From contig NC_086118.1 in assembly GCF_963921235.1 (NCBI RefSeq), positions 27,530,001 to 27,594,000 on the forward strand: a DNA stretch of 64,000 nucleotides, given 5' to 3'. Below the pieces are notes generated by a model. That model did not search any database. It had not been told where the DNA came from and saw nothing but the letters and a program-made list of their open reading frames with translations. Positions 36,666 through 49,435 of this stretch are shown one piece after another. Made by a program: the position numbers and the translations under genes. The stretch comes from Mobula hypostoma. Lineage: Eukaryota. Each line of letters starts with the position of its first letter. Positions within the stretch are counted from its first letter, which is position 1.

Positions 36666-38624
36666 ACTCCATCTAAATGTACTCAATGGCACTGTATCTA
36701 CTTCTTTTCATAGCAGTTTCTGGTCAAGGGTTTTAGTGTTTCTTTCAAGGGCATTGCCGTCTCCTTCTACACATGCTAATATTTTTCCTGTAGTACTATG
36801 GGCTCTTATCTTGTTAAGCAGCCTCATGTGTAGCAGTTGCTCAAAGGTCTTCTGAAAATCCAAGTAAACAACATCCACTGACTCTCCTATGCGTATCCTG
36901 CCTGAAACTTTCTCAAAGAATTCCAATAGATGTTTCAGATATGGTTTTCCCTTAAGGAAGCCGTGTTGAATTTGGCCTATTTTATCACATGCCTCCAAGT
37001 ATGCCAAAACCTTAATGATGAATTCCAACATCTTTCAGCACTGTAGTCAGGCTTACTGGCTTATAATTTCCTTTCTTCTGCCTCACTCCCTTCTTAAAGA
37101 GTGGAGTGACATTTGCAATTTTCCAGTCCTCTGAAACCATTCCAGAATATTCCAGCACATTAGAGTGCTGCTTTTCCGGACAATAAGCAGAAAACCAATC
37201 AACTTTTCCAGGTTGATATGAAAGATATTTCAAAGAGAAGGAAAGATGGTCCTAACTAGTTTTTATTCTTCAGTCAACAGTTCTTATTGTGGGCACTTCT
37301 CCAACACGACAAATGCAGCCACACTTCAGACGTACTTCAGTGGTTGTAAAGTGCTTTGGAATAATATTAAATGTAAGATAAATGTAGGTCATTATAAAGA
37401 TTTAAATTCCCCCAGAAGTTCTAAGATCAGTAGCACTGCCTTTCAACTTCTCTGGCTCGCTCACTTATTTTTTGAGTTTTTTTTGAAAATGAGTTGAGAT
37501 TGTGAATTATTAAACTTTCATGTAAGTAAAACTGAAGCTGCTTTTTTTCCCAGTACCTTTCCTTATATAGACAGATGGTATACAGAAGATCAGACATAAA
37601 ATATTCCAGCCTATCTCAAGATATTAAAGGATCTGTAATCTGCCCAGACTTTGTACTATCAGAGAAAGGAAAGATCAGAGAATGGGATGACATAAAAGCA
37701 ATTAGCATCAGGAAGTGTTTTTCTCTTCAAGCTCCTATATTCCTTCACTCTCTTAATCAGCTTTCTGTTTTCCACCTTGTAGAAAATAAAATCCAAGACT
37801 TTCATTACATTGTAAATTAGATTTTAAAAACACATACATATTCACTACAAACAATTCTCTGGGTATGTTTAATAATGTCATGGAGGGTGGCTTCAGGGTA
37901 ACTTAAATAAAAGCATGTGTGACAGTAAGTATTTTCATTGTAATCCAAATCCATTTTGATGATGACCTTTGTGAGGTACATAAATTCAAGTTTTTTAAAA
38001 AAATAAGCATTTGTACGAGCAATAGAATGCTTTATTTTTTTAATTTTCCTCATAGTTAACATTTAAGAAGAATCAATATATTGAACTAAAATAAACATTA
38101 ATAAAATAAAATTTGGGGTAAATGACGCAGCAGTGGGACAGCTGCTGGTTTGAGATGGGTGATTAATCTGTACGTGCTTGGCACAGTATAAATTGTACCA
38201 AAAACGTATACTTCCACTTCATTTCATACACTTTGTAACAAGTTGGGTGCAACACATAAACACACTTGATGTGGTTGGCATCAATTCAGACTAGGTAGCT
38301 TTGACTAAAGCCATTGCTTTCCCAGGTGGTGATTATTTGAAAGAAACAATGGAAGGATCCAGATGAGAATAGTGCTCTAAATGTCAGTTGTGTTTTTTTT
38401 GGACATTTTAGCTGAAGAGGTAAGGAGAACTTGCGGGGGGGGGGGGGGTTCTCATTAATCACAGGCATCAACTCATTGAAATAATCCTCTATTAAATCCT
38501 TTATCTCTATTGCCAAACCATTTAGGGATCCAATTTGCCAACTTGCCTTGGATTGCATGGGTCCTAAACTTTAGACCAGTCTTTGATGGCCTTACTGAAG
38601 TCCTGAACTCCTGCCCTGCCTTCA

Positions 38625-40668
38625 TAATCATAGTCATAGTCATACTTTATCGATCCCGGGAGAAATTGGTTTTTGTTACAGTTGCACCATAAATAATAAA
38701 TAGTAATAGAACCATAAATAGTTAAATAGTAATGTGTAAATTATGCCAGTAAATTATGAAGTAAATCCAGGACCAGCTTATTGGCTCAGGGTGTCTGACC
38801 TTCCAAGGGAGGAGTTGTAAAGTTTGATGGCCACAGGCAGGAATGACTTCCTATGACGCTCTGTGTTGCATCTCGGTGGAATGAGTCTCTGGCTGAATGT
38901 ACTCCTGTGCCCACCCAGTACATTATGTAGTGGATGGGAGACATTGTCCAAGATGGCATGCAACTTAGACAGCATCCTCTTTTCAGACACCACCGTCAGA
39001 GAGTCCAGTTCCATCCTCACAACATCACTGGCCTTACGAATGAGTTTGTTGATCCTGTAGGTGTCTGCTACCCTCAGCCTGCTGCCCCAGCACACAACAG
39101 CAAACATGATAGCACTGGCCACCACAGACTCGTAGAACATCCTCAGCATCGTCCGGCAATGTTAAAGGACCTCAGTCTCCTCAGGAAATAGAGACGGCTC
39201 TGACCCTTCTTGTAGACAGCCTCGGTGTTCTTTGACCAGTCCAGTTTATTGTCAATTCGTATCCCCAGGTATTTGTAAACCTCCACCATGTCCACACTGA
39301 CCCCCTGGATGGAAACAGGGGTCACTGGTACCTTAGCTCTCCTCAGGTCTACCACCAGCTCCTTAGTCTTTTTCACATTAAGCTGCAGATAATTCTGCTC
39401 ACACCATATGACAAAGTTTCCTACCGTAGCCCTGTACTCAGCCTCATCTCCCTTGCTGATGCATCCAACTATGGCAGAGTCATCCGAATACTTCTGAAGA
39501 TGACAAGACTCTGTGCAGTAGTTGAAGTCCGAGGTGTAAATGGTGAAGAGAAAGGGAGACAAGACAGTACCCTGTGGAGCCCCAGTGTTGCTGATCACTC
39601 TGTCGGACACACAGTGTTGCAAGCACACGTACTGTGGTCTGCCAGTCAGGTAATCAAGAATCCATGATAACAGGGAAGCATCCACCTGCATCGCTGTCAG
39701 CTTCTCCCCCAGCAGAGCAGAGCGGATGGTGTTGAACACACTGGAGAAGTCAAAAAACATGACCCTCACAGTGCTCACTGGCTTGTCCAGGTGGGCGTAG
39801 ACACGGTTCAGCAGGTAGACGATGGCATCCTCAACTCCTAGTCGGGGCTGGTAGGCGAACTGGAGGGGATCTAAGTGTGGCCTGACCATAGGCCGGAGCA
39901 GCTCCAGAACAAGTCTCTCCAGGATCTTCCTGATGTGGGAGGTCAATGCCACCGATCTGTAGTCATTGAGGCCGCTGGGGCGTGGCGTCTTTGGCACAGG
40001 GATGAGGCAGGACGTCTTCCACAGCACGGGAACCCTCTGGAGCCTCAGGCTCAGGTTGAAGACATGGCGAAGTACTCCACATAGCTGAGGGGCACAGGCT
40101 TTGAGCACCCTGGTACTGACACCATCAGGTCCTGCAGCCTTGCTTGGGTTGAGACGTTTCAGCTGTCTTCTCACCTGTTCAGCCGTGAAGCCCACCGTGG
40201 TGGTTTTGTGTGGGGAAGGGGTATAGTCGTGACAGAAGGGTGGGGGACTATGAGGAGGGGTAGGAGGGGAGAGTGGAATATGTGTTGGTTAGGGGCCGAC
40301 AAAAGATGGCTCATGTGGGGGATGGGCAGGGGCCACAATGTCAAATCTGTTAAAGAACAGGTTAAGTTCATTGGCCCTGTCCACACTGCCTTCAGCTCCT
40401 CAGTTGCTAGTTTGCCGGAACCCAGTGATGGTCCTCATCCCCCTCCAGACTTCTTTCATGTTGTTCTGCTGGAGTTTCCACTCAAGCTTCCTCCTGTACC
40501 TGTCTTTGGCCTCCCTGATCCTGGCTTTCAGGTCCTTCTGTATTGCCTTCAGCTCCTCCCTATTTCCATCTCTAAACACCCTCTTTTTAGCGTTCAGGAT
40601 ATCCTTAATGTCCTTTGTCACCCATGGCTTGTTATTTGAATAACAAAGGACAGTTCTTGTTGGAACAT
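38625..40668 (-). mobile_element. Rex1/Babar LINE, 5'-truncated and relatively young, inserted in an old CR1 (about 38440-41000)
   Basis: 350-aa RT ORF 39143-40195 (KAAGPDG, QFAYQP, FFDFSS, GAPQGTVLSP, YSDD), frameshifted C-terminus 38778-39149 (HPLH) and a catagt-repeat tail. Confidence 0.93.
39143..40195 (-). pseudogene. Rex1-type reverse transcriptase
   Basis: Complete set of RT motifs in one frame, frameshifted on both sides. Confidence 0.9.
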
Positions 40669-41857
40669 CAGTACATTTAGGGACTTTCTCAGAAGTCTTC
40701 ACTCAGATTGGTCACATAAGGTATGTGATTGACTAGGCCATGCTGACTATCTGTAATCAGTCCTTGCCTTTGCTGTCCTTCAACATTGTTTCCAATAACT
40801 TCCAAATACTGATATTAAGCTCACAGGTCAATAATTATTAGTTTTTTTCCCTATTGCCTTTTTGAAAAGGGGACCACATTTGCCATTCTCTAGTCAACTG
40901 ATACCTCTCTTGTGCCTAGCTAAAGTAAAAAAAAACTCAGCCAGAGTCACAGTAATCTCTTCCATAACAGCTGGGGATAAATCTCCTTTAAAGCCTTTTA
41001 AGGTGTTGATAAAATGGGCAGGAGTTCAGTTGTTATAAATGTGAGTTGTTGCATTTTGTGAGTAGTAAGACTAGGACATAGGTCGTGAAAGATAAGTTGC
41101 AAGGGAGTATTGAGGAACAGAATGACTTTGATACATAGACCTCGGAACATAGAACACTACAGCACAGGAACAGGTCGGTTGGCTCATAGTGCTGTACCAA
41201 AACAATTACTGAAAATCAGAAATCAAATGGCCAACAAAACTCTGCTGCCTAAACAATGTCTATATCCTTCCATTCTCTTCACATTAATGTGTCGATCTAA
41301 ATGTCACTTAAAAGTACCTAATATATCTGCTTCTGCTTCTACCCCGGGAAGTACATTCCAGGCACCTACCATTCTCTTGCCACACACATTTCCTTTGAGA
41401 TTACCCCCCAGAGACTTAAATGCATCCCCTTTAACATTAAACATTTCAACCCTGGAAAAAAATATTGTCTATCTATCTATGCCTCTCATAATCTTATAAA
41501 CCTCCCTCAAATCTTCCCTCAGCCTCTGTCACTCCAGAGAAAATAACCCAAGATTGTCCAACCTTTTGTTATAGCACATGTACTCTATTCCAACCTCTTC
41601 TGCATGGTCTGCAAAGCCTCAACATCCTTCCTATAGTGGGGTGACCAGAACTGTATATAATACTCCAGATGCGGCCTAACTAGTGTTTTAAAGCTGCCAC
41701 GTAACTCCCTGACTTTGAATTCAGTGTCTCAGCTAATAAGACAAGCACGTCACATGACTTTTCAACCATCATATCAACCTGCATATCCTCTATCAGGGAG
41801 ATATGAACTTGGACTCCAAGATCTCTCCAAGATCATCAACACTTGCACTTAACAGTG

Positions 41858-42202
41858 CATCTAATATCTTTGCACCTTCTCTAGCCGCAGGTGAGGTCCT
41901 GGAGGACTGGCCAGTAGTTAATCTTGTTTAATTATTCAAGAAGGAAACCAGGGATAATCCTGGAAGCTATAGACTGGTGAGTCCTCCCTGCTTCCCCTCC
42001 CCCATCCCTTTATCTTTCCCCTTACTGGTTTTTCACTTGGAACCTACCAGCCTTCTCCTTCCCACCCTCCCACCACCGTCTTTATAGGGCCCCTGCCCCT
42101 TCGTTCTTCAGTCCTGACGAAGGGTTCCAGCCCGAAACGTTGACTGATCTTTTCCAAGGATGCTGCCCGACCTGTAGAGTTCCTCCAGCATGTTGTGAGT
42201 GT
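41858..42202 (+). mobile_element. Chimeric insert: CR1 ORF2 piece fused to a PLE terminus
   Basis: About 125 bp CR1-like (GEVLEDW..LFKK..NPGSYRLVS), then PLE pLTR. Perfect 12-bp direct repeat cacttaacagtg at 41846-41857 and 42203-42214. Confidence 0.8.
42108..42147 (+). ncRNA. Minimal type I hammerhead ribozyme, intact core
   Basis: tcagtc-CTGACGA-a-gggttccagccc-GAAA-C-GTT-gactga, with a 6-bp stem I and GUU triplet. Confidence 0.82.
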
Positions 42203-43115
42203 CACTTAACAGTGTTCTGTCTCTTTACATTTGACCTACCAAGGTACAACACTTCATACTTATCCAGGTTAAACTCAATCTATCATTCCTCTGTCCATAT
42301 CTGCAACTGATCTATATACTACCGTTTTCTTTGCCAGTGTTTTACACCATCCACAACACCACTAACCTTCGCATCATCTTCATTTTCATCCAGGCCATTT
42401 ACATCACAAACAGCAGAGGTCCCAGTACAGATCCCTGTAGAACACTACTAATCACAGACCTCATTAGAGGAATTAATTTCGACCACCACTCCCTGTCTTC
42501 TATGGGTAAGCCAGTTGAAAATCCAAATGGTCAATTTACTGTGGACTCCATGCATCTTAATCTTCTGGATAAGCCTCCCATGAAGGACCTTGTCAAATGA
42601 CTTACTAAATCTGTGTTGACAACACCCAGAGCTCTACCTTCATCAATCCTCCTCATCACTTCATCACTTCATCAAGTTAGTAAGACATGGCTTTGCCCCT
42701 CACAAAGCCATGCTGGTTCTCACTAAATTAGGCCATGATTTTCCAAATGCTTACAAATTATAGCCCTAAGAATTCTCTCCAGTGCTTCTCTACCACTGAT
42801 ATGAGACTCACCAGTCTATAGCTTCCAGGATTATCCCTGGTTTCCTTCTTGAATAATGAAACAAGATTAACTACTGGTCAGTCTTCCAGGACCTCAACTG
42901 TGGCTAGAGAAGATGCAAAAATATTAGTCAAAGCCCCAGAAATCTCTTCACTTGCATGGCTCATCAGGCCCTGGGGACTTATCCATCTTAGTGGTCTTTA
43001 AGAGACCCAACACTTATTTCCTCCTTTACCTCAAAATGCCCAAGCATATAAATGCATTCAGCGCTGATCTTTCTACCCACTTCCTTCTCCTTGGTAAATA
43101 CTGATATAAAGTACG

Positions 43116-45623
43116 CAGTTATAATGGGTGACTTCAAATCTACGTGTAGACTGGGTGAACCAAATTGGTAAAGGTGCTGAGGAAGAGGATTTCTTGGAAT
43201 GTATGCGGGATGGTTTTTTGAACCAACATGTCGAGGAACCAACTAGAGAGCAGGCTATTCTGGACTTGGTTTTGAGCAATGAGGAAGGGTTAATTAGCGA
43301 TCTTGTCGTGAGAGGCCCCTTGGGTAAGAGTGACCATAATATGGTGGAATTCTTCATTAAGATGGAGAGTGACATAGTTAATTCAGAAACAAAGGTTCTG
43401 AACTTAAAGAGGGGTAACTTTGAAGGTATGAGACGTGAATTAGCTAAGATAGACTGGCAAATGACACTTAAAGGATTGACGGTGGATATGCAATGGCAAG
43501 CATTTAAAGGTTGCATGGATGAACTACAACAATTGTTCATCCCAGTTTGGCAAAAGAATAAATCAAGGAAGGTAGGGCACCCGTGGCTGACAAGAGAAAT
43601 TAGGGATAGTATCAATTCCAAAGAAGAAGCATACAAATTAGCCAGAGAAAGTGGCTCACCTGAGGACTGGGAGAAATTCAGAGTTCAGCAGAGGAGGACA
43701 AAGGGCTTAATTAGGAAGGGGAAAAAAGATTATGAGAGAAAACTGGCAGGGAACATAAAAACGAACTGTAAAAGCTTTTATAGATATGTAGAAAGGAAAA
43801 GACTGGTAAAGACAAATGTAGGTCCCCTGCAGACAGAAACAGGTGAATTGATTATGGGGAGCAAGGACATGGCAGACCAATTGAATAGTTACTTTGGTTC
43901 TGTCTTCACTAAGGAGGACATAAATAATATTCCAGAAATAGTAAGGGACAGAGGGTCCAGTGGGATGGAGGAACTGAGCGAAATACATGTTAGTAGGGAA
44001 GTGGTGTTAGGTAAATTGAAGGGATTGAAGGCAGATAAATCCCCAGGTCCAGATGGTCTGCATCCTAGAGTGCTTAAAGAAGTAGCCCAAGAAATAGTGG
44101 ATGCATTAGTGATAATTTTTCAAAACTCGTTAGATTCTGGACTAGTTCCTGAGGATTGGAGGGTGACTAATGTAACCCCACTTTTTAAAAAAGGAGGGAG
44201 AGAGAAACCAGGGAATTATAGACCGGTTAGCCTAACGTCGGTGGTGGGGAAACTGCTGGAGTCAGTTATCAAGGATGTGATAACAGCACATTTGGAAAGC
44301 GGTGAAATGATCGGACAAAGTCAGCATGGATTTGTGAAAGGAAAATCATGTCTGACGAATCTCATAGAATTTTTTGAGGATGTAACTAGTAGAGTGGATA
44401 GGGGAGAACCAGTGGATGTGGTATATTTGGATTTTCAAAAGGCTTTTGACAAGGTCCCACACAGGAGATTAGTGTGCAAACTTAAAGCACACGGTATTGG
44501 GGGTAAGGTATTGGTGTGGGTGGAGAATTGGTTAGCAGACAGGAAGCAAAGAGTGGGAATAAACGGGACCTTTTCAGAATGGCAGGCGGTGACTAGTGGG
44601 GTACCGCAAGGCTCAGTGCTGGGACCCCAGTTGTTTACAATATATATTAATGACTTGGATGAGGGAATTAAATGCAGCATCTCCAAGTTTGCGGATGACA
44701 CGAAGCTGGGTGGCAGTGTTAGCAGTGAGGAGGATGCTGAGAGGATGCAGGGTGACTTGGATAGGTTGGGTGAGTGGGCAAATTCATGGCAGATGCAATT
44801 TAATGTGGATAAATGTGAAGTTATCCACTTTGGTGGCAAAAATAGGAAAACAGATTATTATCTGAATGGTGGCCGATTAGGAAAAGGGGAGGTGCAACGA
44901 GACCTGGGTGTCATTATACACCAGTCATTGAAAGTGGGCATGCAGGTACAGCAGGCGGTGAAAAAGGCGAATGGTATGCTGGCATTTATAGCGAGAGGAT
45001 TTGAGTACAGGAGCAGGGAGGTACTACTGCAGTTGTACAAGGCCTTGGTGAGACCACACCTGGAGTATTGTGTGCAGTTTTGGTCCCCTAATCTGAGGAA
45101 AGACATCTTTGCCATAGAGGGAGTACAAAGAAGGTTCACCAGATTGATTCCTGGGATGGCGGGACTTTCATATGAAGAAAGACTGGATGAACTGGGCTTG
45201 TACTCGTTGGAATTTAGAAGATTGAGGGGGGATCTGATTGAAACGTATAAGATCCTAAAGGGATTGGACAGGCTAGATGCAGGAAGATTGTTCCCGATGT
45301 TGGGGAAGTCCAGAACGAGGGGTCACAGTTTGAGGATAGAGGGGAAGCCTTTTAGGACCGAGATTAGGAAAAACTTCTTCACACAGAGAGTGGTGAATCT
45401 GTGGAATTCTCTGCCACAGGAAACTGTTGAGGCCAGTTCATTGGCTATATTTAAGAGGGAGTTAGATATGGCCCTTGTGGCTACAGGGGTCAGGGGGTAT
45501 GGAGGGAAGGCTGGGGCGGGGTTCTGAGTTGGATGATCAGCCATGATCATAATAAATGGCGGTGCAGGCTCGAAGGGCCGAATGGCCTACTCCTGCACCT
45601 ATTTTCTATGTTTCTATGTTTCT
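43116..45623 (+). mobile_element. Young 5'-truncated CR1 LINE
   Basis: Uninterrupted ORF2, 3' gggccgaatggcct hairpin and tttctatg tandem tail. Confidence 0.97.
43128..45527 (+). CDS. CR1 ORF2 (partial EN and complete RT), 799 codons open
   Basis: ILDLVL, SDHN, KSPGPDG, NYRPVSLTS, DFQKAFDKV, GVPQGSVLGP, KFADD, TRGHSL. The EN N-terminus is missing and there is no natural start codon. Confidence 0.93.
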   Translation: MTSNLRVDWVNQIGKGAEEEDFLECMRDGFLNQHVEEPTREQAILDLVLSNEEGLISDLVVRGPLGKSDHNMVEFFIKMESDIVNSETKVLNLKRGNFEGMRRELAKIDWQMTLKGLTVDMQWQAFKGCMDELQQLFIPVWQKNKSRKVGHPWLTREIRDSINSKEEAYKLARESGSPEDWEKFRVQQRRTKGLIRKGKKDYERKLAGNIKTNCKSFYRYVERKRLVKTNVGPLQTETGELIMGSKDMADQLNSYFGSVFTKEDINNIPEIVRDRGSSGMEELSEIHVSREVVLGKLKGLKADKSPGPDGLHPRVLKEVAQEIVDALVIIFQNSLDSGLVPEDWRVTNVTPLFKKGGREKPGNYRPVSLTSVVGKLLESVIKDVITAHLESGEMIGQSQHGFVKGKSCLTNLIEFFEDVTSRVDRGEPVDVVYLDFQKAFDKVPHRRLVCKLKAHGIGGKVLVWVENWLADRKQRVGINGTFSEWQAVTSGVPQGSVLGPQLFTIYINDLDEGIKCSISKFADDTKLGGSVSSEEDAERMQGDLDRLGEWANSWQMQFNVDKCEVIHFGGKNRKTDYYLNGGRLGKGEVQRDLGVIIHQSLKVGMQVQQAVKKANGMLAFIARGFEYRSREVLLQLYKALVRPHLEYCVQFWSPNLRKDIFAIEGVQRRFTRLIPGMAGLSYEERLDELGLYSLEFRRLRGDLIETYKILKGLDRLDAGRLFPMLGKSRTRGHSLRIEGKPFRTEIRKNFFTQRVVNLWNSLPQETVEASSLAIFKRELDMALVATGVRGYGGKAGAGF

Positions 45624-46165
45624 ATTAAGGACCTCACCCACATTCGCCTCATTCAAGTTAATATTCCCCCCTTTATCCTTGAGTGGTCGTATCTTCTCCC
45701 TAGTTGTCCCCTTACTCTTGATGTATGCATCGAAAGCCTTAGGCTCCCTTTAATCCTACTTGCCAAGGACTTTTCATAGCCCCTCCTGGCTTTCCTAATA
45801 CTCTTCAGGTTATTTTCCGACTTCTTCATAATCCTCCAGGGCTCTGCTTGATTCTAGTTTCCTAAGCATTACATAATTTTCCTTGATCTTCTCGACTAAA
45901 TTAATCACCCCTCCCGACATCCAGGTTACTCTTACTTTGCCATCCTTGTCTTTCCTTCTGAGTAAAACATACAGTACCTATAAAAATGTATTTACTCCCC
46001 TTGGAAGCATTTTACTTCTGAGTAGAGATGGCGGAGGCTAGATCTCCTTTCCCTGGAGCAGAGATGGCTAAGAGGAGACATGATTGAGGTATATAAAATT
46101 ATGAGGAGTAAAGGTAGAATGGACTGCAGGAAACTTTACCCCTTATCAGAACTGGATAAAACTAA

Positions 46166-46659
46166 AGGCTGATTTATACTTCTGCGTCAACTCTACGCCA
46201 TAGGTACGGCATCGCCGTGAATCCTATGCAGAGCCTACGCGGATCCCTTTGCCGTAGCCCGACGCACACCTTTCCCAAAATGTAACTACGTGTCGCGGCA
46301 ACGCAGAACGCAACAACTGTGATTCGTCCACCTGGGAGCATCGTATTTCCTCCTACGCTGCAATAGATTCCCATTGGCCGACTGAACGGCAGGGAAGGAA
46401 CTCTGGCTGCAATGCTTTCCATAAAGCTTTACAGACCTCTGAAATTATGGAGGACACATTTCGGTTTTACAAAAAAAGACACTCGGTTTAAACTTGCTTA
46501 CCCTGAGAAAGACTACCATGACCATGAAGCCTTGCGCAGGCAGGTGTGTTTTGCAGAGCAACACAGACACACCAACGCACAAGTATAAATGCTCAAAACG
46601 CACGTAGGCCACTTGCGTAGGCTACGGCGTCCATTTGACGCAGAAGTATAAATCAGCCT
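46166..46659. mobile_element. PIF/Harbinger-type MITE (494 bp)
   Basis: Perfect 25-bp TIRs aggctgatttatacttctgcgtcaa (46166-46190) / ttgacgcagaagtataaatcagcct (46635-46659) with TAA TSD on both sides. Sits in a CR1 3' fragment (about 46020-46720). Confidence 0.92.
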
Positions 46660-46961
46660 TAAGGGATGTAAATTTAGGAGAAAAATTTGAGAGACCAGAT
46701 AGGCCATGTATGTTTTCCTTAGATGGAGAAAAATGGTGGGGGAGGGTTGTGTGGACTTGATAAAGACACAAAAACAAGATGAGAGACATCGCAGGATAGA
46801 TAGTGAGAAACTTTTTCACTTATCAGAGATATCAATAAACAACTTAAGGTAAGAGCTTAAGAGAGACCGGGGGCTGCTTTTTCACCCAGAGAGTGAATAC
46901 ATGGCCTGAGAAGGCAATGGCAGGTATACTCACAACTCATATGAAGTATCTATATGTAATT

Positions 46962-47270
46962 AGGGCGCCACAGTGCCATACCAGTTAGCGCAGTTCTATT
47001 ACAACTCAAGGCATTGGAATTCAGAGTTCAATTCTGATGCTGCCTGTAAGGAGTTTGCATGTTCTGCCCCATGAACGCATAGGTTTCCTCTGGGTTCTCT
47101 GGTTTCCTCCTACATTCCACAGACTTACCTGTTAGCAGATTAATTGGTCATTGTAAATTATCCCGTGATTAGGCTAGGGTTAAATAGGTGGGTTGCTGGG
47201 TGCCGCGGTTTATTGGGCTGCAGGGGTCCGTTTCTCCCTGTATCTCTATACAAGATAGATAAAATAAAAA
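46962..47270 (+). mobile_element. tRNA-derived V-domain SINE
   Basis: Box-B-like gttcaattc, V-domain ggtttcctctgggttctctggtttcctcc and an A-rich tail. Confidence 0.8.
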
Positions 47271-47849
47271 TACAAATTTCAACTAAATACCATATCAGAC
47301 GTCTGTTACTTATGGCATATTGGAAAGAAAATGTGCAAAAAGTGTACTTAATGTAGCTTGGACAGTTAAGGACTACAATTGAAAGATTTGGCTTTCAAGA
47401 AAACCCATTTAACTGCTTTGGAACATTGGTCACAGAGATAATATAAGTTAAAGCAGAATACAAGTATTATGAAATGGTACATTTCTCTGGTCAGACCAGA
47501 GCAGATTGTGGTCCTGATTTCTCAGCTGTAAAATGAGATATCTCAGAATTGATCTTACATGAGTACTGAAAATAGTAAAGGGTGTTGAAAAGGGAAATCA
47601 AGACTATTGTAGAAAAATCATGTGAGTAAATCATATTACTAGATCAAACATATTCTTCATCTAGTAACATAATCCATTGCACATGTCATGGTCAGCAGTC
47701 AGATTAATGCATGTGACTGTTATGGAATCATTTAGAAATAAGGATTTTGTAAGTATTCCGGCTGGGTGAATTAACATGACTATAATCACAAAATTTAAAA
47801 GATCAACGAAATTTGCATTCTGCACATTTTTTTAAAAATTAAAAAAGAA

Positions 47850-49210
47850 TTTTTTTTTTGCTCAGCATAACAAAACTTCCAATTTCCAGATACACTTACA
47901 TTTACATTTCCTCCCCTCACAGATATCAGGTATCAGAACACTTCAATCAAAACATAGACATCACCACAACATCCTATGCAAAAGCCCTTATTAGTATAGC
48001 AGACAGGTTTACATCTATATACTGCAGAAAAGGTTGCCATGTTTTATGAAAACTATTTGTTTTTGAATGTACCATACATGTCAAAAAGTCCAAAGGAATG
48101 TATTCCATGATTAATTTACACCAACCAAAAAGTCCAGGGGCCTTATTGGATATCAAACAAAATAAAATGTTCTTCCTCACACAAAAAGTCAGGATGTTAA
48201 AAAGTTTTTTCTGACATGCATTAATAATACGACTGCCCAATAAGCCTAAGAGAAAAAACACTGGGTTCAGTTCAAGCTCCAGCTTCAGAATCTTTTCCAT
48301 TTCACCCAAAATATCATTCCAGTATGCCTGAAGTTTGGGACAAGTCGAAAAACAGTGGGTGAAAGTTCCAGTATTTACTTTACATTTAGAACACATTGGA
48401 GAAACCCCCGTCTTAAATTTCGAGAGACGATTTGGAGTCAAATGGGCTCCATGCAGAATTTTGAGTTCTATTACAAACTGAAATCTTCTTTGCATTATCA
48501 CGGATGTCTTCCCATGTTTCAGCTGTAATTTCTACTCCCAGCTCTTCCTCCCAGACCCTTCCCAGCTGCTCAGCCTCTCCACAAGAACATTCCCTCGGGA
48601 TGCTGTAAAAAGTACTAATAGAGACTTCATCCTTAGAATGAAACACCCTCTTTTCTATGTCAGAACTATAGAAATCAGTTAACAATTATGTTTTTTCTGT
48701 ATATAATCTCTTATCTGAAAGAAACAAAAAAGATCCTTGTTGGGTATGTTAGGTTTCTGTACCATTTGACTAAAAGACATCATCGTTCCTTCATCAAACA
48801 AATCTCCTAGATGGAAAATACCCTTCGAAATCCAAAGTTTAAATCCAGAATCCAATATGTGTGGTAAACCATATATATGTTGTAACTGGGTTACCTGTCT
48901 GGACATGCCTGGACACGCCCCTCTGCTGACTGCCCCTGTGGCTCCTCCCACAGATCCCTGAATAAAGGCGATTGTGCCACTGCTCCTCCCTCAGTCCAGG
49001 ACAGATATTCAACATGGACGTTGGACCATTTATTGTTAATAAAAGCCTTTCAGTATTTACTCTACTTCCAGTCTTTTGGAGTAATTGATAGTGCATCATT
49101 ATGCCAGGCTGAAAATCTGGACTGCCGGTTATTGGAGTGAAGGGTGATATTATCGCTGCATTGCCCTCAATTGTCGCACTGCCCTCCAAACCCTGACTGT
49201 ATTAATTGTT
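47850..49210 (-). mobile_element. L1 ORF2 3' end (Cys-rich domain and poly-A)
   Basis: KILHGAHLTPNRL..CSKC..GTFTHCF.TCP..YW and FHKTWQPF. T-run at about 47850. Confidence 0.88.
48860..49098 (+). mobile_element. Solo LTR (239 bp) inserted in L1
   Basis: TG...CA termini, internal AATAAA and 5-bp TSD atatg/ttatg. Removing it restores the L1 peptide FQPGIMDSGFKLW. Confidence 0.82.
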
Positions 49211-49435
49211 ATTGGATTGTGACAATGTTCCTTAACTAGTTTCATCTTATTGAGGAAAATCAAATTGGGATTAACAAACCCTTTCACACTAAATGTGATG
49301 TAAATTCAAGAGAATATGATTGCAATTTTAATGCTGATGAATAATATTATTTGTGTATGTTGTAATAACAAATAGCAAGTACAACCAGTTTCTCCTAATG
49401 AATTTCTTTGGAAATATAACATAATATTTTATAAT

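Larger units (their letters stand above)
41133..45980 (-). mobile_element. Older CR1 LINE split by insertions at 41858-42202 and 43116-45623
   Basis: 3' tail at about 41135-41200. Decayed RT to about 43115 (YFISVFTKE), resuming at about 45625. Confidence 0.85.

Noticed and set aside
37575..38062. Possible exons in a non-repeat island (minus-strand VIIKMDLDY...SEY and VENRKLIK...; plus-strand acceptor at about 37782 and donor at about 37925)
   Set aside because: The minus model needs a 62-nt intron with a weak donor and does not fit the phase of the other candidates. The plus model has stops in all frames. No recognisable protein.
43073..45550. Several minus-strand ORFs of 75-187 aa
   Set aside because: Antisense shadows of the intact CR1 ORF2.
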